Origin: Camelus dromedarius
Taxonomy: Eukaryota
Length of the DNA: 64,000 nucleotides
Assembly: GCF_036321535.1 (NCBI RefSeq)
Contig: NC_087437.1
Span: 61,134,001 to 61,198,000 of the forward strand
Reading direction: 5' to 3'
Below are positions 15,217 to 29,084 of this stretch, one piece after another. The position numbers and the translations under genes are program-made. The notes under the pieces are model-generated. The model was not told where the DNA came from. It searched no databases and was given only the letters and a program-made list of their open reading frames with translations. Position 1 is the stretch's first letter. Each line of letters starts with the position of its first letter.

Positions 15217-17041
15217 TGAGCACATGCCCCCATTCCCTGTTCTGGAATTCCCTCAACTTTCAAAGCTTCTGGTACTTGGGCCTTTTCCACTGGCCTTATC
15301 TTCTAAATTCTATGTAAATTTCATGTACAAGAAATGACAGTATTTTTCCTACTAATAATAGTCATCTGTGACATTTTTTATCATGTTTGATGGTTTACAA
15401 GCACTTTTACATCCACTATATTTCCCTTACTCCCCACAAAAATCCCATTGGATAGTTATTATTTCCACTTTACATATAGGAACTGGGCCAGGGAGGCCAA
15501 ATAACCCAATCCAGGTTGCACTCTAGCAGGACCAGAATTGAACTCTTCAGTTATGTGATTCCACTCCACCCCTTCCCTCCCCCACTAGAGGTGTGTCCAT
15601 CCTCAAAGCATACCAGTCTCTTTAGAATATACATGGCCCCAGCCATGCTCTCAAGGAGTTCACATTCCAGGAAATAAGATAGATAAACATAGACTTCTTT
15701 TGATTGATTTAAATTTAGTTTCAAGACTTTGATTTGGGGCTAGAAATTATGTGGGATCAGGAATCAGGGAGGTTTCTCACTTTCACTCAGTGAGTTGATA
15801 TAAAATCCCTTATCTCCTTTTTATTCTCCCACATTAAATCAGCAGGTTTCCTACAAAAGGTGGGTGCAAATGCTGAGAAGAATTTATCAGATCAGGTTGG
15901 AGGCCCACAAGTTTGAGGAACCAGCAAGGATATTGTCTGTTCTCTGCAGAGTGTCTAGAATGTTGAAGGTGAATTGTTCAATGAGGCAAGAAAGAAAAAG
16001 GTAGCCAAAGGGCTTCAAAAGCAGTATTGGGTAGGCCTGAAGCTAAGGGGTATTTGTTATAACTATTTGGGATTAGGACGCACCTTTTATAGTTCTTCAG
16101 CTTTTCTCATCAGCATTTAGCAGCCAGTGGTACAAAAGGTGATGAGCAACATAGCCAGGCAGGCCCAGGCAGAATTAGCTAGAGGAACTTCCAGATTCCC
16201 TTTTCTCCGTGTTAGCAGTATATCCTCAACCACGAGTCTTATTTTCACTTTGCTGCCTATAGACCCCTGACAGGTTGTTCATGGGTAATCGAGATGTTAG
16301 CTGAGCATAGCTGGTGTTATCCCAGACATAGTCCTAATGAGTGTACTTCACATTACAGTGGCTTCTGGGAGCTGGTATGGTGGTGTTAACAATTGTATTA
16401 GCAAAGGGCATATGGCCTATTCAGGAAAGGAGTAAATAAGTGAGGTTTAGAAAGATTATTGATCCCAGGCAAGAGGTATTGACAGTAGTAAAATGATAGA
16501 TCTGAGACCTAAAGGTCTTTTATGGCTTTGGGTTTTGCATTTCTCTGGAGTACAGATGTATCTATTCTGGTAGAAGGGCTCTTGTTGCTATTTTTATATT
16601 CCCACTCATCTCATGGACTGAGAGAGGAACCAGTTAACAAAGTGACCTCTTTCTCATATTTTTAGAAACCGTATTTGACCAATCCTTGTAGACCTAGGAG
16701 GATGGGGAGATTTCCTTTCTTCTTTCCTCAGCCCCACCCACTAACTAGCGTACCAGCAAATTGTCCAGCCCTGTTTACCACAGCATGGTGACTGGTATAC
16801 AGGGTGAAGGTAGCACTTCCAGTAGACCAGGAGGAATAGCTAAAAAAGAAACTGGCTAGCGTCATGTTTAAGATCCATGAACAATTAGGTTGGGTGGCTC
16901 GTGAATGATTTGTGGAGTTTATGAGCAAAGCAAAGAGAGAGAAAGAGAAAAAGTCTATTTGAGGCCTGGCCTTGTAGTCCTTCTTCTGGGCCTGAGAATA
17001 TTTACTGGTTCTTTCTGAAGGGCAGTTATCCTGGGTTTTAA

Positions 17042-17146
<105 letters not shown>

Positions 17147-17585
17147 TAAGTTGTTGTACATCCTCACTTTATGGAGTCTTAGGGGCAGTGACAGAGATTC
17201 AACCACATTGTTACTTTACAGAGGAAAATTTATATACTGAGAAATTCAACATCCACTTTTAGGTCACACTTTAGATAAGAGGTTAAGGTGAACATAGCAC
17301 CATGTATCAATTCTCAGTTTAAACATCTACTTCTGATACCTCTTTTAATTTTAGGAAACCATTCTCCAACCCCATATTTTTCTTAACATTAGAGCCATAT
17401 GGCTTCTCCTTTCCTTAGCCCTAGATTTTGATTCAGTTCTCCTTCTGCATGTCAGTATTTCCAGATCTCACTTAGTGATAGCAGATTCTGCTTTTTGAGA
17501 AAGGTAATATTGCTGCCAGTTTCCATCTAGTCCTACTGCTTGAGCTACCCGAATGCCACAGTGTTTGTATGTGTTCTTGGGCTAG

Positions 17586-17728
17586 GCATGTTTGCTCCAA
17601 CACAGAGGACAGAAGGTATCTCCACATCAGACATCATCACCCGAATTGTCCGTGACTACGATGTATATGCCAGACGGAACCTACAGAGGGGCTACACGGC
17701 CAAGGAGCTCAATGTCAGCTTTATCAAT
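17586..17728 (+). CDS. PCYT1A: CCTalpha coding exon 6 (RTEGIST motif)
   Basis: ctag|, [47 protein letters not shown], donor GTGAGT; 143 nt. Confidence 0.98.
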
Positions 17729-19195
17729 GTGAGTTCCAACTTCATCCCAGAGTTCTTTGGCCCTATGGGACACATATTACCTCTCACTTCATCGAAGCTA
17801 AACTTGCTTTTCAGTCTGTAATTATCACCTCTAAAAGCAGAATGGATACCTCTTTGTAGATAACACTGTGCCAAGCCCTTTACAAAGAGTATAGATGTAT
17901 CTATTTCATAAAGAGAGGCACTTTCTGCCTTTATGGTCCAGGATCAACACACTGATGTAAGGACACACAGCCAATTAAATAAATAAGAATGAATAACTTA
18001 TGTAGTACAGTATTTGTATCAAATACATCTAAAACAGTGGTTCTTAACTCTTTTTTTAATTGGATGGTCTTTACAAATCTGATAAAAGCTATGGATCTTC
18101 TCCCTGTGTGAATAGTAACACACGACATTTTGCATGCAGTTTCTCAGAGCACGTGGACCTAACTTTTAAATTTTGATTTTTGAAAGCAAGTTTATCTTGG
18201 CTTAATATTGCCCTTTAGAAACACACTGCTATACATTTTGTATATAAATAATACTTCAATAAAGTTGACTTAGAAACAAGAAGAAAGCTGCTGATTGTAT
18301 CTTTGACGCAAGTAGTTTACCGTGCTGTCTCACCTGCTCCCAGCTCTGTGAATTATGTATAGGTGAAATGGTTTCATCTAAATGTGTTTTATCTATGCAG
18401 ATAAACCCTAGCTGTTGTTTACCACATATTGCAGAACCTTTATCTATTTTCAGGTGTTCAAAAATTCTAAACATACTCCCTTTCCCTTTTATGATCTGGA
18501 AATATGAGAATACTCTTCATTTGGCTCCCCTTTTGGTCTCCCCCCTCCCCTCCAGAGGGTTTATACCATTTCCCCTTATCTTTAGAGAAGCTGGTAGGAT
18601 CAAAGAGTATCATCCTCGTTTTGCAAATGAACAAACCTCCAAATGTTAAAAAACAGAAAGCAAAGCAAAACAAAACAAAAAAACTCCTCTATAATCACAG
18701 AATAAGCCAATGATGGAGGGAAGAAATCCAGTACAATAAATGAATTAAGTAAAAGACCTGCTATTTCTACTTCCAACCTGTTATAGTTGGCTTATTCTTG
18801 GCAATATTGTGCAGTGATCTTGTTTTTTCCTCCCCTTACATCTCCATTTGGAATGGGGTTTGGGTTTTGTTGGGCATGGTTATCTTCCAAGTTTATGTTT
18901 TGTCTTAAAAAGTCTGATTTCATTTGGTATATGCCTGTCTGTTACTGGGCTTACCTTATATATTTAGTTTAGTCCTGGGCTTCTACAATCTTAGAATTAT
19001 TGTACTTTTGTATAAGATGGCCATCTAGAACATATCTGTTATTAGGCTAGAGAAGTGTGGGCTAGATTAAAGCAAAGTGAAATTCTCAAGACTAAAAGGA
19101 ACGTCAAAAGAATGCCAAACTAAGTCTTTTCCTTCCCCTTGGTGTGGAAGGTCAGAGTGAGTATCATTTCTCAGAACAGTTACTTCTTTACCTAG

Positions 19196-19459
<264 letters not shown>

Positions 19460-20243
19460 TAGAATCCTTGAGCAGAAAGAGGCATCAACATTAAGAAGTT
19501 ATCTCATCTGTTCCCCTTATTGGGCAGAATTATATTTCAACTATCTCCAGAAAGTTTTTAAAAATCTTTACAGAAAGAGGTTATACAGTCTCCTAAATAA
19601 TTTTGTCAGCTCTCTATCAACCTCTAAATCAGGTGACAAGATCAGTGAGTAGCCTTGCCTAGCTTGCTTCTACATTGTAGTTTTAGAAGGAAAGGGAAGG
19701 ACAAAGAACAGAAAAAAGGAAGCTGCCTCCACTACAAACAGCTGCTGCAGGATCACTGGGTTAGGTGGGAATTCTGTCCCTGAAGAGTAGCAAGTCCTTT
19801 CAAGCCAAATAAAAGGTATATGTGTAGCTGTTAGCAAGTGAGCCCTAGGATATCAGGAACAATCTGATTGTGAGGGTGTTCGGGTACCAGAATAGATTAT
19901 TCAGAGAGAATATGGAATTTCCTTTTCAGAGAACTCTAAAACTAGGATAGGTACCCTTTTGACTGAGTTAATGCCTTTGTTTTTGCCTGAAGCCTGGACT
20001 ACAGACCAAGTAGCCTTTTAAGAATTCCTTTGACATAGCAGTCAAGAATTGGGTGACTGTGGATAGCAGGTTCCGGGAGCCCTTAGATACAGAGTATAAC
20101 ATAGACCACTTTGGGGAGGCAGTTGCTTAGAACTGTGGCTGTGTTCCTCATCTGGCTTACTTGATCACTTTTGACATTGCAGAGGGCACTCATGATAATT
20201 TGAAGTCTCAGATCCTCCATTAGTGCTTTAGTAGGATCCATAG

Positions 20244-20486
<243 letters not shown>

Positions 20487-23400
20487 TTTTTCATCTCTCC
20501 TTTCCTCTCCCCTCTCTCTGTCCCATCACCTTCAGAAGCTCTCTGTTGAATTCCAAATTGTGACCCCAACACTAAACTTAAGGACAGCTACAAAGGAAAG
20601 ACAACTGGGGTAAAAGGACCTAGGATGGGGGGACCAGACAGCCTATCCTCCAAGAGACGTCACCCAACCACACCAAGAAGGAGGCTGACTGCACCTTAGA
20701 AGCCTGTTCTGCATTCATATACCCTCCCCGTGGACTTCACTTTACTGTTTATGTTCATGTGATCTTGACAGGGAAATTGTCATTTTTATTAATTTTTTAA
20801 AAATTAGTCTTTCAAATGTAGTAAGTAGAACTAATTTTTTGCCCCCAAGGAGCGGGCAGAAGGAAGTGGTATAGTAACAAGAGGCCTTTTCTTCCTGATT
20901 CATTATAGGGTTTGCCTTCCATTCTGAGGCAAACTGTCTTGCCAAGTCCTTCAGGCAGTGAGCCATGCTGCTGGGTGATTTGGAGGGAGATACCATAACT
21001 TTGGTTTCCTTTTTTAAAAAAAATAAGCTGAGTAACAGTCACAGATCCCCTAAGTGTACTACTGGCACATGTGTCATTGTGGCTGTGGGAGGAAGGAGAT
21101 CTGAGCCTAACTTTTCTTACTCCCTGAGGAGTTTCTTGTTGAACCCAATGGGGTCCATGAAGACACTGATGGGGCTGGAACCAGACCACGTGGCATTAGC
21201 TGCTTTTCTTCTGCTATGTTCATCTTCTCAGAAAATTCTGTTGCCCAGTTATTTGGGAGCTCTTGTCAATCTTTCTTGCAGTCTACCCTCCTAAAGGAAG
21301 GAACACTTTCAGGCTTACTCTCACTGAGGAGGGGAGTGGGACAGTACTCAATCCTATACAAAGTCAGTTCAGATCAATTTTCCTCCTGGGAGTGAGTCCC
21401 TGGCCCTGTTACTCCTATTTTCATACTTATTACCTAGCTTTTTTTTACAAAGGATACTTTGTAAATGTCTGCAGTTTGAACATGATCTGTTAATTCATGT
21501 CACTAATAGCCATATTGAATATTCAGAGAGATCTGCAAAGAACATAGGCACAAAAGCATAAGGAAACACATCCCTTTTTAAAGCTTTATCTTGACCTTTT
21601 CCCCTCTTAAGAGTGTCCTCACTGGAGCCAGTGCTCCACGAGGTGTTTCTTTTCCTCTGGGAGTTGCCGCTGGCAGGGACTCCTGCCCACTGCCCCTTCA
21701 GCAAACCACCAAGCAAGGGCCCACACTACAAGAGTGTGGTAGGTTCCCTCCCTGTCCTTCTGCCTGGTTCCACCTCCTGTGTTAGGCTACCACTTAAATT
21801 TTAAATTTCACATCAGAGAATGCTGAAGTTTATCACTTGCTGTTGAGCATGAGCTCCTTTTAAACCTCTAGCATCCTACAGTATGTGACCTAGGAGATCA
21901 TCATCCATCAGTAATCCTGTCATTGGGTTCAGGGTAAAAAATGCTTATGTCGAGGCCCCACCCCATCACTCATAAATACCCCTTGTGGGGGTGGAGTTTT
22001 AGTGTTTTCAGCTAAGAAAACCACATTTTATCTTTTCTTGCCCCTCTGCTAGGGCTGTGAGCATCTCATAGTCCCCTCCCTAAACATTTTCTGGTAAAAC
22101 CTGTTCTGCCTGAGGGTCAGTGACTAGAATCACTGCCTGCCTGCACAGCAGGGACTACCTAGATTCTTAAAACTCAGATTACCCAGAGAGGCAGAGCAGA
22201 GGGACAAAGAGGGGGAAACCTCTTGTTGTCCTGATGGCCTATGAAAACTCATTTCTAACTCTTCACTTGAAGTGCTATTTTTATTATCAAATCTGGTTTA
22301 CACAAGTTTTGGCTTGGAATCCTATTTGGGGAACAGTTAAAGTTAACGTTTTCCTATGTTACCCAGCTTCATGTGATCAAATGTTTTAACTTTTCTACTT
22401 CAGTCTTCCCTCTCTGGGAATTCTGCCCACTTCTGTTGATAGAAAAGCAGTGAAGTCACCACTGAAGTCACACTACCTGCTCCCTCAAATAACACATGCT
22501 CTCCAAGTGTATTTGGAAAGGGAGGTGCCCAGAATGTGGTTTTTCTCCCTGCAGTCACTCCTCTCATGTATACTGTCTGGGTCCCAGGTGTTTGGCCCTC
22601 CTCCTCTGCTCTGTGATGGGCTGCTTTTGGCATGTCCTGCCCTTGGAATATGACCTCTGGGCTGACAAGCTCTGTGAGACTGCTGCCGCCAGCATATGCA
22701 CATGTTCTTGGAAAACTCTCTCACTCCTTTGGGTGAGCCTCTGTGGCCTTAGTCTTCTAACATTGGTTTATCTTCATATTATTTTGACTGAAAGCAAAAA
22801 ATGTTATGATGTGGCATGCTAGATACTTTGGGATAAATATGACCCTAGGTGCTGGATGGGGGGCGTTTGTGGAGAAAGCTGTTGGGATAATGCATTATTT
22901 GATCACTTGTGCCTAATTAAATAAGGTTCGAGGTTCGAATTCCACAACTGTGTATGTGATCTGTAAATCTTTAAGTATTATTGTTAATATTGCCCTCTAA
23001 TACTAATTTTAAAATTAATTAGCTGTTTCCCTGAGTCCCACACATGAAGCAGCCAGCCTGAATAGGCCAAATGTGGCAGAAATGGGAGAGCCTTAAAAGT
23101 TGGTTGGCCTCAGAGCCTCTGTGTGCAAGACAGAAGGAGAGTGGAGACAGAAGCCCTGTAGCTGGTGCTGAGGAGGTGCCGTTTCAGCAGTTACCTTGAG
23201 ACGGGCTGGGCAGAGACTTTGCTCTTTTCATACACTAGACTCAGTAACACTGAAGGATAGAGGTTGAAATTTTAGAGGAATAGAAATGGATCATTTGTAC
23301 TGCCGCAGCTGCTTCTGATAGCTAGAGCCAAAGGCCATTATTTTGCCGAGGCTTGGGTAAGAAGGTTGGGGGTGTGAGGAGGTTGAAAATCTTGAATGGA

Positions 23401-24345
23401 GGAAAAAATTTGAGGGAAGTCAAGAGAACTTTTGACCTTTTCTCATCACTGATAACTTCTTAGGCAGCATCTGAAGTACATTTTTCTCACTTGTGACCAC
23501 ACAGCTGTCCAGGCAGTCTTTGGATATTCCCTCTGCAATGGTTCTTCACAGTGCTTTTTAGTCTCTTTCTTATTTGTCGGTAGCTTTTGTGTTTCTGGAG
23601 CTCATTGCTTTGTTAATCTTGTTTCAGACCCTTTATCTGAAGTCTTTCCAAATCAATTATAGTTTGCAGCTTTTGTTTAATTCCCTAAAAGCCATATCTT
23701 CTGCATTTTCTGCCAGCACACACTTTCATCAGAAGTTGAACCAGTACAGGTAGGAAAAAAAAGCTCCCTTAACAATGTTTTTATCTAATGGTATTTTTTT
23801 TAAGCTTACCAATGTAAGTATTTTTAAAGTTATATTTTTCAAAGTCATGCAACAATTGTTCTTGTTTTCTCTTGTAGAATAGGTTGTCATGGGATAAATA
23901 GTGGTCCCTAGTTTTTATTTTTCCACACAGTAAAATATGTTCTTGGGATTATACTATTAAAAGTTAATTTTCTTTAAAAGAAAGGAGAAAGATACTCTGT
24001 CTGCCAAAGCGTAATGTTAGTACTCAGATTGGGGTAGAAAACAAAAGTGCTTGGTTTAACATTAGGATGACTCCAGTTGTGTTTTTTCAGGTTTCAAGTG
24101 GGCTTTCCCACCCTTCTTAGGGAGGCACTGACTGTTTTGAACAGAGACTTGATTGGTTGGGATTGTTTTGTATTGAGGATCCTGAAAAGAGTGTTGGAAA
24201 GAAATGCTGCCCTTGGCGTGAATGTTGGCCCCATCGCCAGTGCCGGTGTCCACAAGGACGTTTTCCTCAATCGGTGTTCAGTATATTGTTTTCCTGTCTG
24301 AGTGTTATTAATTTGTTCAGTTATTTTGGCTTTTGTCATCAGCCA

Positions 24346-24351
24346 AATAAA
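24346..24351 (+). terminator. Candidate distal polyadenylation signal of PCYT1A (3'UTR about 3.9 kb)
   Basis: AATAAA followed within about 20-80 nt by U/GU-rich sequence (tatgtttt, gtgtgtatgttatgtttt). Confidence 0.55.
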
Positions 24352-24869
24352 GATAAAGTGGTTTTACCTAATGTTCCATTTTCTATGTTTTTGACCTGGT
24401 ATACGTGTGTATGTTATGTTTTATGTATTTGGGGTTTTACCTGTACTATCAATTCCTTTGCTTTTGCATCCTAATTTATCTTCTCAAAATTCCTTGATGA
24501 CCATATTTTCAGGGGTTCCTTTTGCAGCTTGGTACCGAAGACTCAAAAAGCCACTGTCCCACAAAAGGAGGCTGGTCCAGATCTCCCAGGTCTAATGTCA
24601 TCAGTGCCCTAATGACATATCTGTAAGAGAAGGAACACTGTCCATCTGTTCTTCAGAAGTCTGTGTTTCTTTGAGACTTTGGGTTCATACTGCTTGGCTT
24701 GGCTGAGTTCTGTTCCTGTTATTATACTAGGAAAACTACGATATACTCTTCACCCTTTTATTTGCTTTGGAAAGATTGAGAGTGAACTTTTAATATACAA
24801 GCTTTAAGGGCTGATAGTGGCACCCACAAAGGCACTGTGCCCCGTTATAGAATATCAAACTCCATCCTG

Positions 24870-24875
24870 TTTATT
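24870..24875 (-). terminator. Candidate polyadenylation signal of SLC51A
   Basis: AATAAA on the minus strand about 210 nt after the SLC51A stop; a second one lies at 24757-24762. Confidence 0.6.
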
Positions 24876-25087
24876 ATAAAACTTAAAATACCTTCCTCAG
24901 GCCAGATCCAAAACAATTTCATCCTATCGCATAGTTCACATTTGTCTCTATAGTCAAGTGTATGTGATCTGCCAGCTTGTGCTGACAATGGAAACCACCC
25001 CCATTTGGTCAAGGTTGGGGGTCAGTAAAGAAATCTTGTGCCCATCTAATGAGTACAGTGTCTCTTTGATTGTCCAAGTCATCCACC

Positions 25088-25224
25088 TCAGGCTTTGACG
25101 TTTGAATCCAGATCTGGAGAAGAGAAAGGTTCATACCCGACCTTGCTGTCTTTCCTTCGGTAGTACATTCGTATCAGCACAGTTATCAGAAAGGACTCCA
25201 GGATGAGGAGATGGCAGTTCATCA
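25088..25224 (-). CDS. SLC51A: Organic solute transporter alpha (OSTalpha), exon 9 (last)
   Basis: ctgcag|, MNCHLLILESFLITVLIRMYYRRKDSKVGYEPFSSPDLDSNVKA, TGA. All 9 exons sum to 1023 nt = 340 aa + stop. Confidence 0.96.
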
Positions 25225-25765
25225 CTGCAGCGTGGGGCGAAATATAATGTTGGTTATGCTAACTTACAGATGCAGAATCCCACTAGCAGCCCTGGCGTAT
25301 AAGTTGAACAACACTTTATCTAATTTCTCCTCAAACCAGGACCTAGAGATATTAAGTTGTCAGAAGTAACACAGCAGGTTAATAGTAAAGCCAGAACCAG
25401 AAGTTGGTTCTGCAATTTGAGGCCAGCATTAAACTCCATTTCTTTTGTATATTTTATCAGCATGACCTTCTGCTTCCTCACCAGACCCATTCCTCTTCCA
25501 GGAGCTGAGGACTGAACTCATGGCTTCCTGGGTTGGCCATCACGACTGGCCTGAAGCTGTGGGCTTGCAGCTGTCCTCTGTGTGATCACAGAAGTCATAG
25601 TCTCCTTAGTAGAGCCTCAGCTAGATTTCTTGGAGGTTCCTTTTTGATCAGAATATTCTAAGTTTTCTGAGGCTGGCTGGCCCACCTTCTGTTCTAAGGT
25701 CCTCTCTTCCCTGACCTCCCCGTCTTGTCCATCCTGGCCTGGGACAGGCGCCCTTATGTGCTCAC

Positions 25766-25871
25766 CTTGAGACCTGATTTTAGAGGAAAAGGGTGGCGAA
25801 CAAGCAATCTGCCCACTGTTGGCCAAGACTGAGAAAATGGCTGGCTGCACGGCAGACAGAATAAGGAGCGC
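25766..25871 (-). CDS. SLC51A: OSTalpha exon 8
   Basis: ALLILSAVQPAIFSVLANSGQIACSPPFSSKIRSQ; AG/GTGAG boundaries; 106 nt. Confidence 0.96.
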
Positions 25872-26739
25872 CTGCAGAACAGAAAAGGAAAGTGAGGGCA
25901 GGAGGCCCAGCATCCATGGCGCCGAGGACAGCTGGCCCACTGCTGTGTTTGAAATGTGTCCTGGTACTTGCCCTCTCTTGAGTACATACACTTTTCTAAA
26001 GCACAGCCTCTTCTGGGCAGACTTGGCTCATCCAGGCTTCCCCATAATATTCATGGGCAGGCTCGGCCATCAAGGGGTTTTATCCTGTGGCCTGACCCTA
26101 AGGGGCCCAGGTCCTTTCTGTGTCCCTTCAGTCTCTTACTCCATTTCAGGCTCTTCTGTCTTCCTACAGACCCTCTGATTCTACCTTCTATGTGCCTGTA
26201 AATTCACATTCCAGTGGCACTTGCTTAGATCAAATGAGAATGTATGTGAAATCACCCTGTTAGCTCTACAGGAGTCATTGTGCCTTGGGAGTAGGAGAAG
26301 GGCCCAACAAGGAGAAGAAAGAATGGAGAAAGAAGGAAAACAATATTGGGCTAGAAGTCATTGCATTTGCCTTTGAGAGAATTTTCAGAAAAGATGTGAA
26401 GATGAAGAGGCAATGTGATGAGAAGAAGGGATGTGGGTTTAGGAGTAGACAGATCTAGGTTTAAATTCCAGTTCCAAGCCTTATGTGCCTTTGAGCAAGC
26501 CCCATAACATCTGTTTCCTCACTGGTCAAAAAGAAATAGTAATGACTCTTTAAGATTGTAGTGAACATTTAAATGTAATTTATGTATGAAAAATGTCTAT
26601 GTGGTACAGGTAGTTCATAGTTGTAGCTGTGATAATGTTGATGTTGCTGGTGGTGATAAACTATAGGGTTTTTAGAAGTAATGGGTAGAGAAGAAGAAAA
26701 AAGCAAAGACATAAGAATTTAAGGTTGGATAATCACATG

Positions 26740-27208
26740 TGTTATGGGTTTCATTGTGTCCCCAGAAAAGATATGTTGAAGCCTAACTCCCAGTAGCTCA
26801 GAATGTGACCTTGTTTGGAAATAGCATCATTGTTTTGGTTAACTAATTAGTTGTAATTAGGTTAAGATGAGGTTAGTAGGAGTAGGGTGGGTCCTTATTC
26901 CAATATGACTGGTGTCATTATAAGAAGAGGAAAAGAGACGTGAGACACAGACACATGAGGGCGAAATGCCATGTGATGTTGGAGGAGTGATGCCACTGTG
27001 AGCCAAGGATGCCAAGGGTTGCTGCAAACCACAGGAGTCAGGAAGATCAAGGAAGGATTCTCCCTGACAGGTTTCAGAGGGAGTGTGGGTCGGCTGAAAG
27101 CTTGATTTTGGACATCTAGCCTTTAGAACTGTGAGACAATAAATTTCTGTTGTTTTAAGCCACCCAATTTGTGATGTTTTGTTACACCAGTCCCAGGAGA
27201 CTATTACA
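26740..27208 (+). mobile_element. MaLR (MLT1-type) solo LTR in SLC51A intron 7
   Basis: TGTTATGGG start; cagaatgtgaccttgtttggaaatag; gaactgtgagacaataaatttctgttgttttaagcca; ends ...TACA. Confidence 0.85.
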
Positions 27209-27379
27209 GCACAGAAAAGCAAAACTGGGGAAGGGCAGGGATTATTTTCCAAATCTCACAGGAAACCTAAGGCTTAAGAAGATTCCCAGACCCACTTTTA
27301 GCCTTTATTAGTCTCGGCTCTGAACCCCTATTATTTGTGGCTGATTATTAGCCATCTTTCTCTCCCAGGGTATGGTTAC

Positions 27380-27526
27380 CTGGAAGAGATAGAATTTGGC
27401 TCCCATGTTCTGCTCGCCCAGGTGCAGCTTGGCTTGACGGAAAACGATGCCCAGGGCCCACAGAGCCAGCAGAGTGGACACACCGAGGAAAGTGTTGATC
27501 CACAGAGCTGTGCTCCTCTCAGAAAT
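27380..27526 (-). CDS. SLC51A: OSTalpha exon 7
   Basis: ISERSTALWINTFLGVSTLLALWALGIVFRQAKLHLGEQNMGAKFYLFQ; AG/GTAACC; 147 nt. Confidence 0.96.
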
Positions 27527-27815
27527 CTGGTGGCAGACCAGGAAGTAGTCAGCAAGGGAGGCAGGCCCTTCCTCCTCCCTTTATTTCCCCTCTCCCATGG
27601 TGGGGAAAGTAAAAAAGCCCAAAGCCTTGGCCTCTCCCCATCCCCTCTCTTCCCACTGGAGTCCACGAGCCTCTACTTTTCCACAGTCACCCTGTCCCTG
27701 GGGCTACCCCACCCCTGGGGCCCTGTATCAGGTGATATTGGCCCCAACTCTTCCTTCTAGAGCTCAAAGGTATTAAATGAATCTTGGGCTTTGCTGCCCC
27801 TCACTCCTTGCTTAC

Positions 27816-27927
27816 GTCTGATGGGTCATAGATGCCATCAGGGACGAGAAACAGGCCCGCTAGGCTCAGTGTTATCTTGAAGAAGGCATACTGGATGGGG
27901 CCGAACATCAGGAGCTGAAGCTTCTTC
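27816..27927 (-). CDS. SLC51A: OSTalpha exon 6
   Basis: KKLQLLMFGPIQYAFFKITLSLAGLFLVPDGIYDPSD; AG/GTAAGC; 112 nt. Confidence 0.96.
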
Positions 27928-28490
27928 CTGAGGAGGGAAGAGGGTTAGGAACATGGGTGAACAAACTACCTGCCCCAAGAAGCCCTTCCTGCTCCCTCAC
28001 TGGGCTCCTGGGCTGAAGTGTGGCTGCCATCACAGTCACCCAACGGTTAAACGGATGTGGACTCAGGAAAAAGCCAGAATGTTGACAGCCTTGGGAACCT
28101 TCCCTCTTGCCTCCCACTCACTGTCAGACCAGAATGCTGCCTTTTGAGCAAGAACTGAGTGTTGACCCCAACTTTACAACCCAAAATGGACAAAAAAGGG
28201 GAAGTAAATAGCCCAAAGTCTAGTTTGCTCTGGGTGGTAGTTTGTAGGGGGTGGTGAGCTTAAGTGATGGGAACTTCGGAGTTCTCCTTCCTCTGCTCCT
28301 CTCACCTCTGGGTGGGCGCCCAGTGTGAGGGCGCTGGCTGTGGGATGCCCACCCTCTCGTCACTGGTTTTGTTCCATACAAGCCTTGTTCCAAGAGGCTT
28401 GAAGCAGGGCTGCGAGAGCCAACAAGGCTCCGGGGAGAGTGCAGGCAGAGGCTGACCTGTTCCTCCCGCTGCTTCTCCCTCCCGACTTAC

Positions 28491-28649
28491 CTGGTGAGCA
28501 TGATTTTGGGGCAGCAGGGGCAGCAGCAGCAGCAAGGGCCTGTATGGATCCTCACTGGGGTGTCCTTCAGTGTCCTCATTACTGCCTCCTTCCCACCAAA
28601 GCCTTCCACCATGATGTGCATCAGCAGGTAAAAGTACACCGAGTAAAAC
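28491..28649 (-). CDS. SLC51A: OSTalpha exon 5 (Cys cluster CCCCCPCCP)
   Basis: FYSVYFYLLMHIMVEGFGGKEAVMRTLKDTPVRIHTGPCCCCCPCCPKIMLTR; AG/GTAAGT; 159 nt. Confidence 0.97.
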
Positions 28650-29084
28650 CTAGCGTCAGGAGAGAGGTGGGCCTGAGTACACAGAAGGGGAGGCGGCGGC
28701 AGCTGAGAGGATACCCTGTGCTGCCAAAGGAAAATAGACTGCAAAGGAGGCAGGGAGAGGTGGGGCTTCCTGAGGGGATCACAGTAGGGACTGGGTGTTC
28801 TAAATGTGTGACCCAAGAGGAATGAGAGAGAGGACAGGGTGGGAAGAGGGCAATTTTGGGCTATGGGAGCAAAGTGGCACCTGAGGATGAACTAGAAGTT
28901 CAAGAGACCTGGATTAGCACAAGTTGGAAAGCGCTAGATTTGTGATCAGCTGGTTTGCAGGGATTTATGGAAGGGACAGGGGATAAAAGAAGACATGGAC
29001 TCTGGAGTCTGGGAGAGAAGGGAGCAGGGAGAGGACCCCAGAAGGATATACAGCCCAGAGCTGGGGGTGGGGCAGGACACTCAC

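Noticed and set aside
22924..22942. aggttcg-aggttcgaattcc, a Pol III B-box-like tandem
   Set aside because: Imperfect B box, no A box or tRNA fold; most likely a 7-bp micro-duplication.
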